64,000 bases of DNA from assembly GCA_049682815.1 (NCBI GenBank), contig JBAUII010000011.1:14881-78880 (forward strand), in the 5' to 3' direction. Positions within the stretch are counted from its first letter, which is position 1; every line of letters starts with the position of its first letter. The stretch comes from Thermodesulfobacteriota bacterium (GTDB taxonomy: Bacteria; Desulfobacterota_D; UBA1144; Nemesobacterales; CSP1-2). The translations under genes and the position numbers were made by a program. Of the stretch, positions 21,888 to 30,534 are shown piece by piece. Below the pieces are notes generated by a model. That model was not told the origin of the DNA and did no database searches. It was given only the letters and a program-made list of their open reading frames with translations.

Positions 21888-23687
21888 ATGAGACAACACA
21901 AAGGTTTGAACCGCATTTTAATAGGGATATTACTTTTTATCGCACTAACATTTGTATCCTGCAGTGTCGGAGATAATACGCCGCCCAGGCCAATTACCGA
22001 TCTTGGTGTTGATACCGGGTTGAGATTGCTAGAGTGGACTGCACCTGGTGATGACGGAAAAGGTGGAAAAGCCTCGCTTTATTTTATCAGGTACCTTGAC
22101 AATTCGCAGATCGAAGAGATCCTGGGCGTGCCAAATTTGGATGATGTTCCACCTGAAGCTATAGATGAAACGGTGATTAGTAATTTCGATGAAGGCATTC
22201 AAAACCCGACATTTGTTCCACCACAGAACAGAGGATTTCCAGAGAGTTTCTCAGCACCGAGATTAGACATCACGGGTCAGATGCAATATTTTTATTCTAT
22301 ACAATCAAGCGATGAAGTGGGTAGTAAGTCTAAGCCGTCCAATGTGGTCAAGGTTACGACTGAGCTGCAATCGTTAGAATTTCAGGGCCCGGATACTTTA
22401 TGTCCTGAAGGACTCTCAATCGGAGCCGGGAATTTTACAAATACACAGGAAGATGACGATGATGGCCTAACTAGGAATGATATCCTAATAGGTGACCCGT
22501 GTAACGGAATTGTTTATGTGTTCTTTGGCAGTAGTGATCTCTCTATAGATATATCATCTCCTGATGTGACCATTATAGGGAATGCAAATGATAGATTTGG
22601 TGCATCGGCAACCGGGATCGGTAATATTGCTGGCCCTGGGCCCGCGTTGGCTGAGATTGGCATCGGGGCCCCAGGATTCGATGGCGATACCGGTGAGGTT
22701 TTTATCATTTTTGGAAATAATAGGTTTCCCAGTGTGATTGATCTCAACGCTGGTGATGAGCCCGACTTCTTGATCATAGGAGAGGATCAGGGTGATAATT
22801 TTGGAGTTAATACTGTCGGATTTGCAAATGTCGGAAGACAGGGCAATGAGTTTTTTGTCGGTGCTCCCAATGCCGACTCCCAGACCGGAAAGACTTATCG
22901 ATTTACGGGAAATAGACTTAGTGAAGGCGTTAGTTCTGCCAGTGATGCGCGAGGAATAATAATTGGTGAATCTCAGGGAGACCTGTTTGGTTCTGCTATC
23001 ACAGATGCAAGCGGAATTAAATCGGGTGGCTCCAATGAGTATGCAATCAGTTCTCGGGGCTCAGGCAAGGTCTATTTGTTTTTCGAGAATGTGTCTGGCG
23101 TAAAGGATCTTTCTGTTGATACATCGGATGTGTTGACCATACAGGGGAGTGTCGCAGACGAATTTGGAGTGTCGGTATCGGGGGGAGGTGATATCGATGA
23201 AGACGGGGATGGGAAAACCGATCTGGTTATTGGAGCTCCTGCTGCTGCCGATGACACGGGTTCCGTGTTTTTTTACAGCGGAGACGATTTAGATGATGCC
23301 TTTGAAAACGGCACGGAACCGACGGCCGCATCAGAATTCGTTGGTTTGCCAGGATCAAGGTTTGGACAGTCTGTTAGGGTTTTTAACCTTCTAACCCCTG
23401 ATGTCACAACGAGGAAGCGTACGACTGCTACAATCCTCCTTTTAGAGCAATCGAATGCGGACTTTGGCGTAGGTGCCCCCGGTGCAACTAACGGTACGGA
23501 CTTTATTTTCCTTGGAGGTAGTACTTTCCCGCCGGTCGTGAGCGCGTCAGATGCTGACGTTACGATTGAAGGAGACCCCGGTGAATTCGAATTCGGAGAG
23601 ACGACAGCGGATTTGGGAGACGTAAATGGTGATCAGATAGAGGATTTTGCCTCATCAGGCTTAGGTTTTGTCAGAGTAGAATTCTGA
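21888..23687 (+). CDS. FG-GAP repeat (integrin-alpha beta-propeller) lipoprotein
   Basis: Signal peptide plus lipobox (LTFVSC). Multiple FG-GAP blades (FGASATGIG..., FGVNTVGFANVGRQGNEFFVGAPNAD, FGVSVSGGGDIDEDGDGKTDLVIGAP). Confidence 0.75.
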   Translation: MRQHKGLNRILIGILLFIALTFVSCSVGDNTPPRPITDLGVDTGLRLLEWTAPGDDGKGGKASLYFIRYLDNSQIEEILGVPNLDDVPPEAIDETVISNFDEGIQNPTFVPPQNRGFPESFSAPRLDITGQMQYFYSIQSSDEVGSKSKPSNVVKVTTELQSLEFQGPDTLCPEGLSIGAGNFTNTQEDDDDGLTRNDILIGDPCNGIVYVFFGSSDLSIDISSPDVTIIGNANDRFGASATGIGNIAGPGPALAEIGIGAPGFDGDTGEVFIIFGNNRFPSVIDLNAGDEPDFLIIGEDQGDNFGVNTVGFANVGRQGNEFFVGAPNADSQTGKTYRFTGNRLSEGVSSASDARGIIIGESQGDLFGSAITDASGIKSGGSNEYAISSRGSGKVYLFFENVSGVKDLSVDTSDVLTIQGSVADEFGVSVSGGGDIDEDGDGKTDLVIGAPAAADDTGSVFFYSGDDLDDAFENGTEPTAASEFVGLPGSRFGQSVRVFNLLTPDVTTRKRTTATILLLEQSNADFGVGAPGATNGTDFIFLGGSTFPPVVSASDADVTIEGDPGEFEFGETTADLGDVNGDQIEDFASSGLGFVRVEF

Positions 23688-23726
23688 TTTAGTCGTGGTT
23701 TATTACCAACACCTTGTTGTAGTTTA

Positions 23727-24455
23727 TCAATTTATGTGGGAAGCGTGATTCAAATCAAAGTCGCTTTTCTCGTCTATTCTGATTTCCCTTATTATTTTAC
23801 CGTCACTTAATATTATTATTCGCTTGGCATATTCAGCTATATCTTTTTCGTGAGTTATCATAACGATGGTTTTTCCCTGGTCGTTCAGTGATTTGAAGAT
23901 TTCCAGTATTTCTACGCTCATCTTCGTATCCAGATTCCCCGTTGGCTCATCAGCGAGTATTATACTTGGCTTATTGACAATAGCCCTTGCGATTGCGACT
24001 CTCTGTTGTTGGCCGCCTGATAGTTGAGATGGCAGGTGATGTTCTCTACCCTCAAGACCCAACACTCTCAATGCCTCTTTTGCCAGTTCGAACCTTTTAT
24101 TCGACGGGGTGCCATTGTATATGAGAGGAAGTTCGACATTCTCAATAGCTGATGTCCTGGGAAGCAGGTTAAAGCTTTGAAAAACGAAACCGATTTTCTC
24201 GTTCCTTATTTCAGCGAGCCGATCCTTTTCAAGGTCCACTACGTTCTGAGCTTCGATAAAATAGTTGCCGCTGGTTGGTTTGTCCAAGCATCCTATTATA
24301 TTCATCAAGGTGCTTTTTCCAGAACCAGAAGGCCCAATTATGGATATAAACTCCCCAGACTTTATGTTGATTGAAACCCCCCTTAATGCGTGAACATCAA
24401 CCTCTCCCATACTATAGACCTTGTGAATATCTTCTAAGGAAATGACATAATCCAT
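23727..24455 (-). CDS. ABC transporter ATP-binding protein, MacB/LolD/DevA-type stand-alone ATPase
   Basis: Walker A GPSGSGKST, signature LSGGQQQRVAIARA, Walker B ILADEPTGNLD, and the LolD-type EVDVHALRGVS N-terminus. No fused or adjacent FtsX permease. Confidence 0.85.
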   Translation of the reverse strand: MDYVISLEDIHKVYSMGEVDVHALRGVSINIKSGEFISIIGPSGSGKSTLMNIIGCLDKPTSGNYFIEAQNVVDLEKDRLAEIRNEKIGFVFQSFNLLPRTSAIENVELPLIYNGTPSNKRFELAKEALRVLGLEGREHHLPSQLSGGQQQRVAIARAIVNKPSIILADEPTGNLDTKMSVEILEIFKSLNDQGKTIVMITHEKDIAEYAKRIIILSDGKIIREIRIDEKSDFDLNHASHIN

Positions 24456-24459
24456 ATTG

Positions 24460-25638
24460 TTAGAACCTCTTGGGCTTAGGAAGGACTATGGGGCCCAGTT
24501 CCTCGGAGCTTGACTTACCTTTTTGCGTCACTCCAATTACAATCTCCTGTCCTTTTTCAACATCCCCAGCTAGAATCTGGGTGAATTCACCATCGCTAAT
24601 TCCTGTTTCTACGGACACGGCCTTGAGGCGGCTGTTCTTAAGCAATGCCCAGACAATGGGACTGTTTTTTAGTTCGCTAGAATCTTTTTCAATAAGAGAT
24701 GATGGAGGAGGCATAAATCTTAACGCAGCCGTCGGTATTCGGAGCACGTCGTTTTGATTTGCTACAAGAATCTGTACCTCTGCTGTCATTCCCGGTTTTA
24801 ATATCAACTCATCATTCTTGTCGACCAGTATAACTACATCATAGGTTACAACGTTATTGTTTGTAATTGGTACATTTCTTATCTGTTGAATCCTTCCCTC
24901 AAATTGTTGGCCGGGATACGCATCCACCTCAAAAAAGGCTTCCTGCCCTTCTCTTAATTTCCCGATATCGGCTTCACTTACGTGAGCTTCGACCTTCATT
25001 TTTGTTAGATCATTTGCTATAACAAATAGAGGATGGCTCTGGCTCGGGCTTACGAATTCCCCAACCCTTATATTCATCGAGACGACGACACCGTCAATGG
25101 GGGAGCGAATCGCTGTAGAATTTAAATTGGATTCAGCCTTTTCTAGCTCTGTCTTGGCTATTTTGAGTTGCTCCGCGGCTGCGGTGAATTCTATTTTCGA
25201 ATTTTCTAATTCATATTTGGAAATTCTGTCTGGTGTGTTAATTAGTTCTTTATAGACTTCGTATATTTTTCTTTTTTTCTCGGCTTCTGCCTGCGCCTTG
25301 CTCAGGGTAGCTTCAGCCTGTCTAACCTGTAAGTCATACAGAGTGGGGTCAATCTGAGCGAGGATCTCTCCCTGTTCTACGATTGAGTTGAAGTCTGCGT
25401 GAATTTGATTCACCACACCTGAAACCTGAGCTACGACATCGACCGTGCTGACAGGGTTTACTGTGCCCGATGCCAATATGTAGGCTGCGATATCCCCCAC
25501 GTCAATCATTGCAGTTTCATAGGAATAATTGGGCGAATTTGTTATTAATTGACTATTTTTCAAAAACAAGGCTACTATAAGAGCAGCAATAATGATCGTT
25601 AAGATAAGTATCTTTCTGTTCATTACCTGTTTCCGCAT
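24460..25638 (-). CDS. efflux transporter periplasmic adaptor (HlyD/MacA-family membrane fusion protein)
   Basis: N-terminal TM anchor, coiled-coil region (LSKAQAEAEKKRKIYE...), and beta-barrel/lipoyl-like segments. 4-nt spacing to the ABC ATPase gene. Confidence 0.8.
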   Translation of the reverse strand: MRKQVMNRKILILTIIIAALIVALFLKNSQLITNSPNYSYETAMIDVGDIAAYILASGTVNPVSTVDVVAQVSGVVNQIHADFNSIVEQGEILAQIDPTLYDLQVRQAEATLSKAQAEAEKKRKIYEVYKELINTPDRISKYELENSKIEFTAAAEQLKIAKTELEKAESNLNSTAIRSPIDGVVVSMNIRVGEFVSPSQSHPLFVIANDLTKMKVEAHVSEADIGKLREGQEAFFEVDAYPGQQFEGRIQQIRNVPITNNNVVTYDVVILVDKNDELILKPGMTAEVQILVANQNDVLRIPTAALRFMPPPSSLIEKDSSELKNSPIVWALLKNSRLKAVSVETGISDGEFTQILAGDVEKGQEIVIGVTQKGKSSSEELGPIVLPKPKRF

Positions 25639-25829
25639 GTAATTATTAGATTTCCCAAGTACGAAGAATACATTTCACTAGACTAAATGTTAACTATTTT
25701 ACTCGTTAATTTGACTTTTAAAACTTTACTGTCCCTAGGGTCATCCATTATTTAAGTCTTATATGCTTCAGCTCAAATATTCTCCTATCTTTGCTCCATG
25801 ACGAAATTGTAGTATTCACGAATGATCTA

Positions 25830-26160
25830 GCAGCGGGCTACAGAGCATCCGTGCGTAAACAAACAATCTCTTCAATCGGTAACGACAATCAAGGTAGGAC
25901 CCGAATGGTAATCATTCCGAGACTGACGCTTCACATGCGTTCAGTGCGGGCTCCGTCAGTGGCGGCACTCTCCTGGACTACTGGAAGGGCGTTTCGTGCA
26001 ACGTATGGTTGTAATGTGTTATCGAGGCAGCCGAAATCTTTGCCAGCCCTTCGCTCGAACTCAGGGCTTATATTCGCGGTGACAGCGAAAACGCTGGAGC
26101 AATCCACCGAGAATCCTCGAGGTCAAAGTTGTCCGCCACACTTTTGCCCTGTGAGAGTTT
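25830..26160. ncRNA. candidate structured non-coding RNA or cis-regulatory leader (GC-rich island between tolC and the adaptor gene); identity unknown
   Basis: About 330 nt at roughly 52% GC in a ~40% GC genome, with no plausible ORF on either strand; the only track ORF, 25791-26234, has a non-protein-like composition. Several local hairpins are visible (CAGCGAAAACGCUG, AGCCCUUCGCUCGAACUCAGGGCU, and the CUGACGC..GCGUUCAG region). Confidence 0.3.
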
Positions 26161-26170
26161 CATCTCTTCT

Positions 26171-27394
26171 CTATAAATCTCCTGTTACCAGTTCAAGATT
26201 AGCAACTGACATGTTGTATAGAAAGACAGTTTGATAATATTGCGTCCCTTCCCTGAGGTACGTTCCAAATGCGTTTATTAATTCGTTTAGGCTTCCGATA
26301 CCCAGGTCATAATTGGAGATCGAGTTTTGTAATAGTTTCTTGGCTTCTCCGAAGCCCTCGTGTTCATATTCAAGATTGTTGTTATTCCCTTTCATCTCAA
26401 GATATGCCTTTTCCACTTCGAGATCCATATCCTGGAGGAAAGCGTCTTTCTCTTTCAGTGATTTTGAGTATTCCGCCTTAGCCTCGCTCAAATCTGCGGA
26501 GATACCATAATTGAGTACCTGCCTTATGCCGATTCCGGCTCCACCGATTATCGTGTCTCTGAATAGTGTAGATTGATTATACCTCAGGGTTCCGCCCACA
26601 AAAACGGTTGGATAGTAGTTGGCCCTCTCTCTTTGTACGGTGTGCAATTTCAACTCGGCCGCAGCAGTTAAGGCCTTTAGCTTTGGCCTGTTTGCTTGAG
26701 TCTTCTCCTGATAATAATTTAACTCATCCACCTTGAACTCAACTGGTTTTAAAGTGTGAGAATCTATATCAAAGGAATGCTTATCTTCAATCGCTAACAT
26801 CTTTATTAGCTCCGCTCTAGCAACGTCTATCTCCTTTTCGGAACTGACAACGTCTTTATTGATGTTCGAAAGTAGAATTTTCAGGTTGAGCTTATCCATC
26901 TGAGTAGCCTTAGGGGAGCCAACTCTGATAAACTCCTCCACACTGCTAAGAACCCTCTGAGCTTCATTCCTTCCTTCGATAGCGAGGTCGTTAAGTGCAT
27001 ATGCTAACTGCAGATTGTAGTAGCCTGTTTTCGCTTGTGTGATTGTGTCATTCCTGGCTTCGCTTATGTTTGCAATCGTTGCTTCAAGCCCTTTTTCGGC
27101 TCTCTTTTCGTCTGAGCTTATCTTACCAAAGGTATAAATGGGCTGGAACAGATCTGCCCTTACAACTGTGAAAATGCCTCCGGTTATTACTGCACCATCG
27201 AACTGAGGATATTTTTCAGCCTTTGCCTTTTTTACCCTGCTCTGAGAAATATCTACATCTTTGTCTAGAACGCCCAAACTTGGATTTGTTATCAATACTC
27301 TTTCCAAAATTTCGTCCAACGTAAAGATGTTGTCATCCGCAATCGCGTCAAAAGTAAGTATAAGAATGGTGGATAAAGTCAATAGTTTTATCAT
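26171..27394 (-). CDS. TolC-family outer membrane efflux protein
   Basis: Signal peptide, then two repeats of the OEP coiled-coil/beta-strand architecture. 407 aa. Confidence 0.8.
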   Translation of the reverse strand: MIKLLTLSTILILTFDAIADDNIFTLDEILERVLITNPSLGVLDKDVDISQSRVKKAKAEKYPQFDGAVITGGIFTVVRADLFQPIYTFGKISSDEKRAEKGLEATIANISEARNDTITQAKTGYYNLQLAYALNDLAIEGRNEAQRVLSSVEEFIRVGSPKATQMDKLNLKILLSNINKDVVSSEKEIDVARAELIKMLAIEDKHSFDIDSHTLKPVEFKVDELNYYQEKTQANRPKLKALTAAAELKLHTVQRERANYYPTVFVGGTLRYNQSTLFRDTIIGGAGIGIRQVLNYGISADLSEAKAEYSKSLKEKDAFLQDMDLEVEKAYLEMKGNNNNLEYEHEGFGEAKKLLQNSISNYDLGIGSLNELINAFGTYLREGTQYYQTVFLYNMSVANLELVTGDL

Positions 27395-27741
27395 CTGGAA
27401 TCCTCCTTATCCTTCTCAATAGTTACTGCTGTCATTATATAACAACTTTCATCAATTTTAATGGTTCCTTCCAATTATTATTTTGCTGATATATAAAGGG
27501 AGTCCCATACAATTCATCCACTGCTCGCAGCGTGTATCTTGAATGGGGCCAAAAAAAATCAAAATCCTATTAGGAATTTATCACTTTAAAATGTAAGCAA
27601 ACGAACTCATAAAAACCTAAATATGCGTCTTGTGCGGGTCCATATACCTTATTTACCTGACTCCAGCTTCTCTAAAACTTCAAAAACATGACTTTCCGAG
27701 ATGAGCATTGCAACAATCAACTTTTTCTTTAAAATACAGGG

Positions 27742-28902
27742 ATGGGTTTTGGAATTTATGTACATATTCCGTATTGCGTAAAGAAATGTCCTTACTGCGA
27801 CTTTAACTCTTATGGTGTTGGAAGACTCGTACCCGAGGTTGAATATACCGAGGCATTACTCGCAGAATTAGACATATATAGTGATGCGATTGCCCGCCAT
27901 CATCTAACGTCTATTTTCTTTGGCGGTGGAACCCCCTCGTTGTTTTCGTCCAAGAGCATAGGAAGGGTGATCAAAAAAGTTCTAGGAATTGCATCTCCAT
28001 TGGAATCACTTGAGGTGTCTATTGAAGTAAATCCAAAGACAGCCGACCTCGGTAAACTCGTCGCATTTAAGGAGGCAGGAGTAAACCGGGTGAGTCTGGG
28101 TGTGCAATCATTCTCTGACAAAAAACTGAGACTTTTAGGAAGGATAAATTCACCCCAAGACAGCATCAGGGTACTAGAGGATGTAAAAAAGGCGGGATTT
28201 GAAAATGTCAACGCTGATCTGATGTATGGTTGTTCATTTGAAACGCCCGACGAGTGGAGATCGGATATCTATAAGATACTTGAATTCAATACAACCCATG
28301 TGTCAGCTTATTGCCTCACTATAGAGGATGATACAGTGTTTTCGGGATTGTACTCGAAGGGTGAATTAGTGCTTCCCGATGAGGAAACGCTCTCTTATAT
28401 GATCTCTTTAACTGGCGACGTCCTTGAGCGTGAAGGCTACCAACAATATGAAATCTCGAACTTTGCTAAGCCTGGGTTTGACTGCAGGCACAACATGCTC
28501 TACTGGAGAGGTGAAAATTATATTGGAATTGGCGCTGGTGCGCACTCACATCTTGATCGATGTCTACAGTCTGAGTGGGGCGTGAGATGGGCCAACGTAA
28601 AAAATCCTTCAGCGTATATGAAAAGCGTTTTTGAACACAACAATCCAGTGGCCTTCATGGAGATCCTTGACAGGCAAATGGCGCTTAGAGACAGGGTCTT
28701 AATGGGGTTAAGATTGGGGGAGGGGGTCGACCTTGGAAAAATAGAGGATAGATTTTCAGTGAACCTGATGTCTAGGGAGCTTGATTATCTAATCAGTGAT
28801 GAATTCATAGAGCTTTCGGATAATAGGCTTCGCTTTAATAAGAAAGGGCTCTTGGTTTCGAATTCAATAATCTATAAGATACTTGACGCCGTGGCTTACT
28901 GA
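27742..28902 (+). CDS. hemW: radical SAM heme chaperone HemW (HemN-like, oxygen-independent coproporphyrinogen-III oxidase family)
   Basis: N-terminal radical-SAM motif CVKKCPYCDF and the HemN C-terminal domain. Confidence 0.85.
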   Translation: MGFGIYVHIPYCVKKCPYCDFNSYGVGRLVPEVEYTEALLAELDIYSDAIARHHLTSIFFGGGTPSLFSSKSIGRVIKKVLGIASPLESLEVSIEVNPKTADLGKLVAFKEAGVNRVSLGVQSFSDKKLRLLGRINSPQDSIRVLEDVKKAGFENVNADLMYGCSFETPDEWRSDIYKILEFNTTHVSAYCLTIEDDTVFSGLYSKGELVLPDEETLSYMISLTGDVLEREGYQQYEISNFAKPGFDCRHNMLYWRGENYIGIGAGAHSHLDRCLQSEWGVRWANVKNPSAYMKSVFEHNNPVAFMEILDRQMALRDRVLMGLRLGEGVDLGKIEDRFSVNLMSRELDYLISDEFIELSDNRLRFNKKGLLVSNSIIYKILDAVAY

Positions 28903-28912
28903 GGGGTGTCGA

Positions 28913-29368
28913 TTATTTTTTTGATTTTATATGATACCTTTTATCGCCGAGCTCGAGATAATACTTTCCGCTTTCTTCCTTCAGGCATTTGGTGAGTTCG
29001 TAATATGCGGGTCTATTAAATCTCGCATCAAATGCCCCGCCTTTCACCTTCGTGTAAGGTACGTTCTCTTTATTTAACATTAGGGTCCTGAAATCAAGCT
29101 TTTGCTCGGTCTCGTCATTCAGGATCAAGTAGATACCGTCTTCGCGTTTATCTATCATTTTTACAACAAATGGCGTATCTTCTACCTGAGCGTAAACCTT
29201 TCCTCGCCCCTCGTCTATATAGTATCTGCCTTCTTCGTCACGTCTCAGCAGCCTATTGTTGTAAAGGTATGTCCATCTGTGGACGACAGGAATCCCGTCC
29301 TGGAACCAGTTGCCATTTTTATCTATGAAAATTCTCGGAACCGCTTTTTCTGCGTTTTGATTCGACAT
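28913..29368 (-). CDS. DUF1285 domain protein
   Basis: IDKNGNWFQDGIPVVH...EGRYYI...VEDTPFVV matches the DUF1285 pattern as I recall it. Confidence 0.5.
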   Translation of the reverse strand: MSNQNAEKAVPRIFIDKNGNWFQDGIPVVHRWTYLYNNRLLRRDEEGRYYIDEGRGKVYAQVEDTPFVVKMIDKREDGIYLILNDETEQKLDFRTLMLNKENVPYTKVKGGAFDARFNRPAYYELTKCLKEESGKYYLELGDKRYHIKSKK

Positions 29369-29553
29369 TTGCCAGATAATGTTAGAGTCAATTATTGTAT
29401 CATGAGCGAACTGATTATATGGCTAAAAGATAATGTCATATAAAATGGTTTGGTAGTATCACCAAATCTGTCATTTCGAATGGATATGAGAAATCTTTCC
29501 TTTAAGGTTTCTTACTTTTTTCAAAACTGATTTTAAGGAAAACATAGATATGA

Positions 29554-29967
29554 TCACTCGCCCAAAACCTTAACTACAACCCTCTTCCTCCTCTGCCCAT
29601 CGAATTCAGCATAGAAGACTCTCTGCCATGGACCAAGGTCAAGATCGCCTTTTGTGATCGGTACAATTACCTGATGGTGTATTATAAGATTCTTCAGGTG
29701 GGCATCACCATTATCCTCTCCTGTCTGATGGTGGTTATAATCCTTCCTATAGGGGGCAAGCTTTTCAAGCCATTCCCATATGTCTTCAAGTAGACCTTCC
29801 TCAAGATCGTTGACGTAAACTGCTGCGGTTATGTGCATGGCCGAGACAAGTACGAATCCCTCATCGACTGAGCTTTTTTTAACAATACCCCTTACGGTAT
29901 CTGTAATGTGAATTATCTCTCTTCTCTTCTTTGTATTGAACCAAAGATATTCTGTATGACTCTTCAT
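29554..29967 (-). CDS. YjbQ/UPF0047 family (secondary thiamine-phosphate synthase) protein
   Basis: 137 aa with [14 protein letters not shown]...[15 protein letters not shown], characteristic of YjbQ. Confidence 0.75.
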   Translation of the reverse strand: MKSHTEYLWFNTKKRREIIHITDTVRGIVKKSSVDEGFVLVSAMHITAAVYVNDLEEGLLEDIWEWLEKLAPYRKDYNHHQTGEDNGDAHLKNLIIHHQVIVPITKGDLDLGPWQRVFYAEFDGQRRKRVVVKVLGE

Positions 29968-30066
29968 AGCATTTCCTCCATTTCGGTATTTATAACGATG
30001 AGTCTAACCTAAAAATTGGGTTATGATCACCCTCGTCTTTAATCCACGCGGGTTATCAAAGATAGC

Positions 30067-30110
30067 GGAGGTCTTTAGACCTCCACGTTATTTTCATTAT
30101 CTTCTTTTTG
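30067..30110 (+). terminator. perfect hairpin GGAGGUC-UUUA-GACCUCC followed by a U-rich tract; possible intrinsic terminator/attenuator in the MTH1187 leader
   Basis: 7-bp GC-rich stem with a 4-nt loop at 30067-30084, then acguuauuuucauuaucuucuuuuug. A second hairpin of the same architecture, GGCGACC-UGAA-GGUCGCC, lies at 30111-30128. Confidence 0.35.
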
Positions 30111-30202
30111 GCGACCTGAAGGTCGCCGCTACATTTATGAGGATTCCAAAACAAGAAATATGCTGTATGCTCTAAATTATTATATGAAGATTTGATGGAG
30201 GA

Positions 30203-30508
30203 ATGACCATGATTGTTGAGCTAAGTGTAATTCCCATTGGTGTAGGGACATCGCTATCAAAATACATAGCAGAGGTTATGAACGTAATACAGGGTAGTGG
30301 TCTTAAGTATGAATCGCACTCAATGGGTACTAACATCGAGTGTGAGTTGGGGGATTTGTTTCCGTTGATAAAATCTTGCCACGACAGGCTTTATGAAAAG
30401 GGGGTTGAAAGAATTAGTACAGCGCTCAGAATCAGCGACAGGATTGACAAACCTTATACAATGTCCGGGAAGATGAAAAGCCTTGAGAAACAATTAACGA
30501 ATGATTAA
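30203..30508 (+). CDS. MTH1187/YkoF family thiamine-binding protein (DUF77)
   Basis: 101 aa. IVELSVIPIGVGTSLSKYIAEV...YESHSMGTNIE is the MTH1187 family signature. Confidence 0.75.
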   Translation: MTMIVELSVIPIGVGTSLSKYIAEVMNVIQGSGLKYESHSMGTNIECELGDLFPLIKSCHDRLYEKGVERISTALRISDRIDKPYTMSGKMKSLEKQLTND

Positions 30509-30534
30509 TTGACCACACAGCTCCGAATTTATTA

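Noticed and set aside
25830-26160. RNase P RNA / tmRNA / T-box / cobalamin riboswitch identity for the GC-rich island
   Set aside because: There are partial resemblances (GCGGGCUCC vs the RNase P CR-I block; GCCGCCACUG vs the B12 box). The partner strands and other conserved blocks (GGAAAG, ACAGAAcccGGCUUA, the T-loop, the tag-peptide ORF) are absent. It is left unclassified.
25791-26234. 147-aa ORF in the tolC-adaptor intergenic region
   Set aside because: It is Arg/Ser/Cys-rich and has no recognisable motifs. It lies in the GC-rich island, which is better explained as non-coding or structured RNA. It also overlaps the tolC 3' end.
29968-30202. TPP riboswitch upstream of the MTH1187 thiamine-binding protein gene
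   Set aside because: There is no CUGAGA box and no pyrimidine-sensing helix consensus. Only generic hairpins are present.
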